NCBI GenBank assembly: GCA_963828255.1
Contig: CAWHDZ010000007.1
Location: 96,001-160,000, forward strand
Direction: 5' to 3'
Source of the DNA: an uncultured delta proteobacterium
GTDB taxonomy: Bacteria; Myxococcota; Myxococcia; Myxococcales; Anaeromyxobacteraceae
Length of the DNA: 64,000 bases
Positions 57,181 to 64,000 of this stretch are shown one piece after another (position 1 is the stretch's first letter; each line of letters opens with the position of its first letter). A program made the translations under genes and the position numbers. The notes under the pieces were generated by a model. The model made no database searches. It was given only the letters and a program-made list of their open reading frames with translations, and was not told the DNA's origin.

Positions 57181-59151
57181 TTGCGCCTTCGCCTCCCCCC
57201 GGTAGCACTCCTCCTCGCGGTCCTCGTCTCGGCCTGCGGGGAGGGGGGTGACTCGCCGCCCCCGGTCGCCTCGGTCACCGTGACGCTCGCGAGCCCGAGC
57301 CTGGGCGCCGGCCTGGGTACCACTGCGACCGCGACCCTCCGCGACGGGTCGGGCAACGTGCTCACCGGCCGGACGGTGACCTGGTCCTCCTCCGCGCCGT
57401 CGGTGGCGTCCGTCTCGGGCGCGGGCGTCGTCACCGCCCTCGTTCCCGGAAGGGCGACCATCACTGCCCGGAGCGAGGGGCAGACCGGGCAGGCCGGCCT
57501 CACCGTGACCGTGAACCCGGTCCAGACGGTGACGGTCACGCTCGCGAACGCCAACCTCTCCCAGGGCTCGACCACGCAGGCGACGGCGACCGTCCGCGAC
57601 GCCGGAGGCAACGTCATGGCCGGGCGCGTCGTCGCCTGGTCGTCGTCGGCGACGGGCGTGGCGAGCGTCACGGCGGGAGGGGCGGTGACCGCCGTCGGCC
57701 CCGGTGCGGTGTTCATCACCGCCACCTGCGAGGGCAAGTCCGGCCAGGCGGTGCTCAACGTCGAGGCGATCTCGGTGGCGAGCGTCACGGTGAGCCTGTC
57801 CTCTCCTCGGGTGGGGGTGGGCATGATCTCCCAGGGCTGGGCCGTCCTGCGGGACGCCGCCGGGAACGCGCTCTCCGGCCGGAAGGTGACATGGACCTCA
57901 TCGGCCCCGGCCGTCGCGACGGTCACCAACACCGGGGTGGTCACGTCTGTAGGGCTGGGTGCATCCACACTCACCGCCACCAGCGAGGGATTCTCGGGAT
58001 CGGCGGCGATCACCGTCACCGCCATGTACGCGCTGACCTCGCTCTCCCAGACCTCGGCGCCGTACACCGCCGTGATCCAGGCGCCTGGCGTGAGGGTGAC
58101 CGACGGGAGCGGCAATCCGCTCGCCGGGGTCTCGGTGAGCTTCTCGGTCTCCGGCGGCGGGGGAACCGTCAGCCCGGCATCCGTCGTCACCGACGCGAAT
58201 GGCGCGGCCTCGCTCGCCTCCTGGGCCTTTGGCCCGGCCGGCGAGCAGTCGGTCACCGCCTCGTCGTCGTCGGGCCCCGACGTGACCTTCTCCGGCCTTT
58301 CCCGGCCCGCTTCGGCGGGCTACGACGTCAACTTCACGTTCCTGACCCCGATGTCCCCAGCGAACCTCAGGGCCTTCGTGAACGCCAAGGAGCGGATCCA
58401 GGAGTTCGTGACCGGCGACCTCGTTGACGCCCGGATCAACTTCACGGCCGCGGAGATGGCCGAATGCGGCGGTGTTGCGATCAACCAGATTGTCGACGAC
58501 ATGCTCATCCTCGTCGAGGTCAAGTCGATCGACGGGCCGGGTGGCATCCTCGCCCAGGCGGGAACCTGCATCTCGCGGGCCGGGACGCCCTCTTTTCCCG
58601 CGGTGGGCCGGATGCAGTTCGACGGCGACGACCTCTCGGCGCTCGAGGCGGCGGGCCGGGTCGAATACGTGGTCCTGCACGAGATGATGCACGTGATCGG
58701 CTTCGGCACGATGTGGCCCTCGGCCGGCTTCCTGGCGGGCTCGACGACGATCACGCCCTACTTCACCGGCCCGGGAGCCCTCTCGGCCTTCGACACCTTC
58801 AACGGAGGCACGACCTACCCGGGCGCGAAGGTGCCGGTCGAGGGTTCCACCGGCCAGGCGGGCACCGACAAAGTCCACTGGCGCGAGTCCGACTTCGACG
58901 ACGAACTCATGACCGGCTTCCTGAACGGGAGGGTCTTCAACCCGATCAGCGCGACCACCGTCGCCTCCCTCGCGGACCTCGGATACACGGTCGCACCGCT
59001 CACACAGGCCGATCCGTTCCGGTGGGGTGCGGCGACCGTGGCGCTCCGCGCGGCCCTGCAAGATGGCGAGCCGCCGCTCCGCATGGTGAACGACGTCATC
59101 CACGGGCCGATCCTGACCGTCGGCCCCGACGGGAGGCCGCTCTTCCCGTAA
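57181..59151 (+). CDS. Lipoprotein with three Ig-like (Big_2) repeats and a leishmanolysin-like (M8) zinc metallopeptidase
   Basis: Lipobox LVSAC, three VxWSSSA..VA.V repeats, HEMMHVIGF, HWRE, ELMTG. Confidence 0.82.
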   Translation: MRLRLPPVALLLAVLVSACGEGGDSPPPVASVTVTLASPSLGAGLGTTATATLRDGSGNVLTGRTVTWSSSAPSVASVSGAGVVTALVPGRATITARSEGQTGQAGLTVTVNPVQTVTVTLANANLSQGSTTQATATVRDAGGNVMAGRVVAWSSSATGVASVTAGGAVTAVGPGAVFITATCEGKSGQAVLNVEAISVASVTVSLSSPRVGVGMISQGWAVLRDAAGNALSGRKVTWTSSAPAVATVTNTGVVTSVGLGASTLTATSEGFSGSAAITVTAMYALTSLSQTSAPYTAVIQAPGVRVTDGSGNPLAGVSVSFSVSGGGGTVSPASVVTDANGAASLASWAFGPAGEQSVTASSSSGPDVTFSGLSRPASAGYDVNFTFLTPMSPANLRAFVNAKERIQEFVTGDLVDARINFTAAEMAECGGVAINQIVDDMLILVEVKSIDGPGGILAQAGTCISRAGTPSFPAVGRMQFDGDDLSALEAAGRVEYVVLHEMMHVIGFGTMWPSAGFLAGSTTITPYFTGPGALSAFDTFNGGTTYPGAKVPVEGSTGQAGTDKVHWRESDFDDELMTGFLNGRVFNPISATTVASLADLGYTVAPLTQADPFRWGAATVALRAALQDGEPPLRMVNDVIHGPILTVGPDGRPLFP

Positions 59152-59158
59152 AGCGGGG

Positions 59159-60517
59159 CTACCGCCGCTTCGGCTTCCAGGTGCCGAGCGACGTCGGCTT
59201 GCGCGCCGGTGCCGGACTTCCCTCGGCGGCGCTGGCTTCACGCGGCGTGTGGGCGCCGCGGTTGTGCCCGTGTCCGTGCCCCCCTCCGCGCTGCCGGGCC
59301 GACTCCGGGCGCCGGCTCTGGCCCCCGCCGCCCGGGCGCCGGTGCGGCGGCACTCCCTGGTTGGCCCGCCCCTCCGCGGCGCGGGCCGCCTCGACCTGGA
59401 AGACCTCCTCGCCGCGCGGAACATCGGCACGGGGCAGGGCCTTGCGGGTGAGCTTCTCGATGTCGCGGAGCAGGGAGGTCTCCTCGGGGGAGGAGAAGGC
59501 CGAGGCCCTGCCCGTGGCCTCGGCGCGGGCGGTTCGCCCGACCCGGTGGACGTAGTCCTCGGCGACGTGGGGCAGGTCGAAGTTCACCACGTGGCCGATC
59601 TCGGCCACGTCGATGCCGCGGGCCGCGATGTCGGTGGCCACCAGCACCCGGTAGGTCCCGTCCTTGAAGCCGTCGAGGGCCATGCGCCGCTGCCCCTGGG
59701 TGCGGTCGGCGTGGATGCGGGCGGTCTTGTGGCCGGCCCGGGCCACCGCCTTCCAGACCCGGTCGGCGCGCCGCTTGGTGCGTGTGAAGACCAGCGTGGA
59801 GAGGCCGTCCTTGGCGAGCAAGGCGAGGAGCAGCGGGACCTTCTCCTCCTGCGAGACCAGGAACACCTGCTGCTCGGCGCGGGCGGCGGTGGTGCCGCTG
59901 CGCACCACCTCGACGCGCACCGGGTCCTTGAGGTGCGTGGCCGCGAACTCCGCCACCTCGCCTCCCATGGTTGCCGAGAAGAGCATGGTCTGGCGCGCCC
60001 GCGGCAGCCGCTGGAGGATCTGGTTGAGCTGGGGCTTGAACCCCATGTCGAGCATCCGGTCGGCCTCGTCGAGCACCAGCACCTCGACGTCGTCGAGGCG
60101 CGCCGTCCGCTGCTGGAGGTGGTCCACGAGCCGCCCCGGGGTGGCGATGATCACCTCGCGCCGATCCTTGAAGGCCTGGGTCTGGGGCGACATGCCCACG
60201 CCGCCGATGACCACCGCGCCGCGGACCCGCGTTCCCTTGCCGAAGCGCTCCAGCTCCTCGCCGATCTGCAGCGCCAGCTCCCGCGTCGGGGCCAGGATGA
60301 GCGCGCGCGTCCCGGTCTTGCCCGCCAGCCTCTCGATGATGGGGAAGAGGAAGGCCGCCGTCTTGCCGGTTCCGGTGGCCGCGGTGCCGATGACGTCCCT
60401 CCCGGCGAGCGCCGGCGGGATGGCCTGCGCCTGGATGGGCGTGGGCTGCTCGAAGCCGGCGCGGTCGAGGGCGTGGAGCGACTTCTCGGAGAGCTTCAGG
60501 TCGGCGAAGGTGGTCAC
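59159..60517 (-). CDS. rhlE: DEAD-box RNA helicase (RhlE-like)
   Basis: PTPIQ, ATGTGKT, PTREL, DEAD, SAT, ARGID, HRVGRTAR. Confidence 0.9.
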   Translation of the reverse strand: MTTFADLKLSEKSLHALDRAGFEQPTPIQAQAIPPALAGRDVIGTAATGTGKTAAFLFPIIERLAGKTGTRALILAPTRELALQIGEELERFGKGTRVRGAVVIGGVGMSPQTQAFKDRREVIIATPGRLVDHLQQRTARLDDVEVLVLDEADRMLDMGFKPQLNQILQRLPRARQTMLFSATMGGEVAEFAATHLKDPVRVEVVRSGTTAARAEQQVFLVSQEEKVPLLLALLAKDGLSTLVFTRTKRRADRVWKAVARAGHKTARIHADRTQGQRRMALDGFKDGTYRVLVATDIAARGIDVAEIGHVVNFDLPHVAEDYVHRVGRTARAEATGRASAFSSPEETSLLRDIEKLTRKALPRADVPRGEEVFQVEAARAAEGRANQGVPPHRRPGGGGQSRRPESARQRGGGHGHGHNRGAHTPREASAAEGSPAPARKPTSLGTWKPKRR

Positions 60518-60538
60518 GGGCCCCGTTATCTCACGGTT

Positions 60539-60895
60539 TCAGCTCATCCAGAGGACGAGGAGCGCCAGCGCGGCCGGCGCCGCCTGGACGTAGAGGATGA
60601 CGTGCTGCACGGAGACCGAGCCGTAGACCCCGGCGGCGAAGACGCAGAGCAGGAAGAAGGAGGCGCGTGGAACGAGCTGCTCCGGGCCGGACAGGAGCGC
60701 CCAGACGAGCCCCGTGGCCAGGAAGCCGTTGTAGAGCCCCTGGTTGGCGGCCAGCTGGGCGGTCATCTCCGCCTTCTCCGTGCTCATCCGGAAGAGCCGC
60801 CTGGCCCGGGTGCGCCAGAGGAACATCTCCAGGACCATGAAGTAGAGGTGCAGCACGGCCACGAGCAGGATCAGGGCGACGGCGGCGGTTCGCAT
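60539..60895 (-). CDS. DUF1304 membrane protein
   Basis: HLYFMVLEMF, AANQGLYNGFLA. Confidence 0.9.
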   Translation of the reverse strand: MRTAAVALILLVAVLHLYFMVLEMFLWRTRARRLFRMSTEKAEMTAQLAANQGLYNGFLATGLVWALLSGPEQLVPRASFFLLCVFAAGVYGSVSVQHVILYVQAAPAALALLVLWMS

Positions 60896-61031
60896 GGAGC
60901 CTGCTTAACCGGCCGTGGAGGGAAGTGGGGGTCGATGTGGGAGGCGGGAATGCAACTCCCTCGTGGGATGCACCGGCCGGGCGGGCCCCCGTACACTCCG
61001 GGTCGTAGTCGGTCACGCCAGAGGGGGTCAC

Positions 61032-61292
61032 GTGAGCGCATCGAACTGGGAAGGCTCCGTCTGGAGCCACCGAAGCGGCCGGGTCGTCATCGGAAGGCTT
61101 CGCGAGGTGCAGGGAAGCACGGCCACGCTGGCGGTGGTCGGCCTGGGCCCGGACGTGCCGGAAGGGGCTCGCGTCCTCCCGCCGGACAAGGGTGGGGCCT
61201 CGCTCCTGCAGATCCCGCTCCTGATGCTGTTCGGTCGGTGGAAGCGGCTCGGCCGGGACGCCGGGCATTGCGCCACGCCCCAGGGAGGCTGA
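61032..61292 (+). CDS. Small hypothetical protein
   Basis: GAGGGGG SD, GTG start, GC3-biased codons. Confidence 0.4.
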   Translation: MSASNWEGSVWSHRSGRVVIGRLREVQGSTATLAVVGLGPDVPEGARVLPPDKGGASLLQIPLLMLFGRWKRLGRDAGHCATPQGG

Positions 61293-61295
61293 CGT

Positions 61296-61841
61296 CTAGG
61301 GCCTCACCCGCGCGTACTCCACCACCTTCACGTCCGTCCAGCGCTCGCCCTCCCGGCGCTCCAGCGTCACCTCGAAGGCATCCGGCCCCTGCCTCCGCCA
61401 GATGGTTCGACGCACCGGCGGTGAACCATCGGCGTTGCGGTCCTGGAAGCGGTACACGCCCCGGTACAGCGTTGCCTCACTCCTCCGGAACGTCCCGTCA
61501 CTCGACCAGCGGAAGACCTCCAGGTTTCCGGTCCGCGGGTCCCAGGCCAGGACGGACTCCTCCTCGAGCTCGACGACCTTCGTTCCCCGGGGCGCCTCCA
61601 CCCGGGAGACCAGGCGGATGAACCGGCCGAACTGGATCGAGTAGCACTGCGTGTCGGCCGGCTTCCCGTCGGCGGTGGTGCCGCGCCAGCAGGCCCCGGC
61701 CAGCTCCCGGAGCCAGGTGTACCGGGTGAGCGGGTCCACCGGGTCTCCCCGCTTGAGCGGCTGGGGGAGCTGGGCGAGCGCGGCCGAGGCCAGGAGGGGG
61801 AGGAGGACGGCGACGCGGAGGAGGGTTCGGCCTGGGGTCAT
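61296..61841 (-). CDS. Secreted hypothetical beta-rich protein
   Basis: Signal peptide, LAGACWRG, DTQCY. Confidence 0.6.
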   Translation of the reverse strand: MTPGRTLLRVAVLLPLLASAALAQLPQPLKRGDPVDPLTRYTWLRELAGACWRGTTADGKPADTQCYSIQFGRFIRLVSRVEAPRGTKVVELEEESVLAWDPRTGNLEVFRWSSDGTFRRSEATLYRGVYRFQDRNADGSPPVRRTIWRRQGPDAFEVTLERREGERWTDVKVVEYARVRP

Positions 61842-61849
61842 GACCGACT

Positions 61850-63259
61850 CTACCCCGTCGCCGGCCAGGCGCTGAGGCGCCGCCGCTGGACCACCGCGAA
61901 CCGGGCGGTCAGGTTCCCGATGTCGTTCTCGCGCCCCAGCCCCACCAGGTCGAAGACCCCGCCGAAGCGGGTGTCGCCTCCGGCCAGCGCCAGCCACTTG
62001 CGGTTCTGGAGCATGAAGCCGTCCAGGTGGGTCCACTGGGGTTGGGTTCCCCACCCACGGGCCACGCCGATCCGGACGTAGGCGTCGGGAGGGATGCAGA
62101 CCATGCGGAACGCGCTCGGGTCGAGCCCGGCGGCCTCCACCGTCCGGCTCCCGTTCTCGAGCAGGGCGCGCTCGATCTGGAGCCGGCTCAGGCCGGAGCG
62201 GCGGTCGAGGCCGAGCGCCTCGAGCAGGGCGCGATTGGCCGGCTGGGATCCCGGGGCCGGCTCGTCGAAATCCTCCACCAGGAGGTCCTCGGCTGCGAGC
62301 TGCGGCAGGTAGCGCCCCCCTCCCGAGTTCACGAACGGCCGGTCCAGGTACATCTCGAGCTGGTCGCGCAGCGCCTCCGGCAGGTCGGCCGGCAAGGTGA
62401 CCGACAGGCGAAGCGCCCCGCTGGAAGCGTCCTCGGCCCCGCCCGTGCGGGGGCGCCAGGCGTTCCGGAAGAGCTCCTCCACGCCCCGCCGGCTCGACTT
62501 CATGTGAACCGGGGCGAGCCCCAGCCGCCCGGCCTTCTCGACGATCTCGTCCGGGAAGACGTGGGTCAGGTCGATGACGCGCCCGTCGTGCCGGCGCTCC
62601 GGGTCGTCCTTCGGCGCGCCCGCCCCGTTCTGCAGCTTCACCGAGATCTCCTGGACGGTCTTGAGATCGCCCCGGGCCAGCGCCTGGAGGGCCTGCTCGT
62701 GGAGACGCGCCGGAGTCCCGGACTGCGCCGCCGGCGCCTCGTCGCCGCCGTTCACCGGGACGCTCCGGAGGGCGCGCTCCCGCGACGCGTAGAGCTGCTC
62801 CCAGGCAGGGTCGAGTGCGCGGAGCTGATCGAGCCGTCGGAGCCCCGTCTCCCGGAGGCCCGGGAGCGCGCTCGATGCCACCCCCGCCAGCGCGCGCAGC
62901 CCCGGTGAGAAGGGATCCACGAGGACGTCGTCGAGGTCGTAGACCTTCTGGGCCACGGCCCGGATCTCGGCCGTCTCCTGGAGCCGGCGCTTCAGGGTGG
63001 CGAGCCGCGCGCTCAGCTCCTGGACGATCTTCCAGTCCTGGATCCCCATCGCGCCGCGAATCCGGTCAGGGAGGAGGTCGGCCTCGGTCTGGGCCCGGGC
63101 GAGGGCCCGGAAGTCGGCCTCGCCCAGGTGCGGGGCGAGGAGTTCGCGGGCCCGGCGCAGGTACATGTCGCCGTAGACGGTGTCGAGGTGCACGAGCGCG
63201 TGGAGATCGTCCGCGGCCTTCCGGGCCGCGCTTCGCTGGGGGGTCTCGCTCGATTCCAT
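61850..63259 (-). CDS. Hypothetical protein (about 469 aa)
   Basis: Long ORF with coding codon bias and GGAGG SD; no recognised family. Confidence 0.7.
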   Translation of the reverse strand: MESSETPQRSAARKAADDLHALVHLDTVYGDMYLRRARELLAPHLGEADFRALARAQTEADLLPDRIRGAMGIQDWKIVQELSARLATLKRRLQETAEIRAVAQKVYDLDDVLVDPFSPGLRALAGVASSALPGLRETGLRRLDQLRALDPAWEQLYASRERALRSVPVNGGDEAPAAQSGTPARLHEQALQALARGDLKTVQEISVKLQNGAGAPKDDPERRHDGRVIDLTHVFPDEIVEKAGRLGLAPVHMKSSRRGVEELFRNAWRPRTGGAEDASSGALRLSVTLPADLPEALRDQLEMYLDRPFVNSGGGRYLPQLAAEDLLVEDFDEPAPGSQPANRALLEALGLDRRSGLSRLQIERALLENGSRTVEAAGLDPSAFRMVCIPPDAYVRIGVARGWGTQPQWTHLDGFMLQNRKWLALAGGDTRFGGVFDLVGLGRENDIGNLTARFAVVQRRRLSAWPATG

Positions 63260-63335
63260 TCGCTTGCCTCCAAGACGGCGCGTCCCGGGCGCAAGATGGT
63301 GCGCCGCGGGCCGATTCCCGGCAGGATACACCGGC

Positions 63336-64000
63336 ATGCGCCCCGCACTCCTCGCAACCGCACTCCTCCTCGCCGCCTGCGCCACCGCGCCGGTGGCGCC
63401 CCCGGCCCCGCCCCCTGCCTCCCTCGTCCTGCCCGGGGAGCGGCACCTCGCCAACGTCCGCCAGCTCAGCTTCGGCGGCGAGAACGCGGAGGCCTACTGG
63501 TCCTTCGACGGAAAGCTGCTCGTCTTCCAGTCCACCCGCGACGGCGCTCCCTGCGACCAGCAGTACGTGATGGACGCGGACGGGTCGAAGGTCCGTCGGG
63601 TCTCGAACGGCAAGGGGCGGACGACCTGCGGCTACTTCTTCCCGGACGGGAGCCGCATCCTCTTCTCCTCCACCCACGAGGCCGATGCCGCCTGCCCGCC
63701 CCAGCCCGACATGAGCATGGGCTACGTGTGGCCGCTCTCCGACTACCAGATCTTCACCGCCCGTCCCGACGGGTCGGACCTCCGGGTCCTGGCTCCCTCG
63801 CCCGGCAAGTACACGGCCGAGGCCACGGTGTCGAAGGACGGCTGGATCGTCTTCACGTCCACCCGCGACGGCGACCTGGACATGTACAAGATGAAGCTCG
63901 ACGGGTCGGGATTGACCCGCCTCACGAGCGAGCCAGGCTACGACGGCGGCGCCTTCTTCTCGGCCGACGGCAAGCGCATCGTCTACCGGGCCAGCCGCCC
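63336..64000 (+). CDS. TolB-like PD40 beta-propeller lipoprotein (partial)
   Basis: Lipobox LAAC, GENAEAYWSFDG, GRTTCGYFFPDG, GYDGGAFFSADG. Confidence 0.85.
   Translation, partial: MRPALLATALLLAACATAPVAPPAPPPASLVLPGERHLANVRQLSFGGENAEAYWSFDGKLLVFQSTRDGAPCDQQYVMDADGSKVRRVSNGKGRTTCGYFFPDGSRILFSSTHEADAACPPQPDMSMGYVWPLSDYQIFTARPDGSDLRVLAPSPGKYTAEATVSKDGWIVFTSTRDGDLDMYKMKLDGSGLTRLTSEPGYDGGAFFSADGKRIVYRASR

Overview
GC-rich bacterial DNA (roughly 70% by eye). Gene content and codon usage suggest an Anaeromyxobacter-like member of the Myxococcota (inference). 1-19.9 kb holds housekeeping genes, including an SCO-coxBACD caa3 oxidase operon. 20-34 kb is accessory: a BsuBI/PstI restriction-enzyme remnant, an HNH endonuclease, three frameshifted genes, an S9 peptidase, and a signal-peptide glutaminase with porins. 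34.7-55.6 kb is a sulfur/thiol-redox island: psrAB-yeeE-yeeE-psrC with a sigma54 activator, a P460-family cytochrome, CcdA, TauE, rhodanese, an Sqr-like enzyme and modABC. The most striking item is missing from the ORF track. Two near-identical 32-33 aa Cys-rich peptide genes (CC-x7-CC...RLVSGCHD) are present, and one of them heads a tightly coupled operon: Trx - TrxR - Trx - DUF6125-like - ArsM-like methyltransferase - radical SAM/SPASM - DUF5714-like. This is a candidate undescribed RiPP or metalloid-peptide system. A 29-bp ECF-type promoter motif, CG(A/C)ACCC-N14-GGCTC(C/A)(A/C)A, precedes five transcription units of the island, including this operon and an orphan zf-HC2 anti-sigma-like gene. 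No tRNA, rRNA or CRISPR array was seen. All family assignments come from motif recognition by eye, not database searches.
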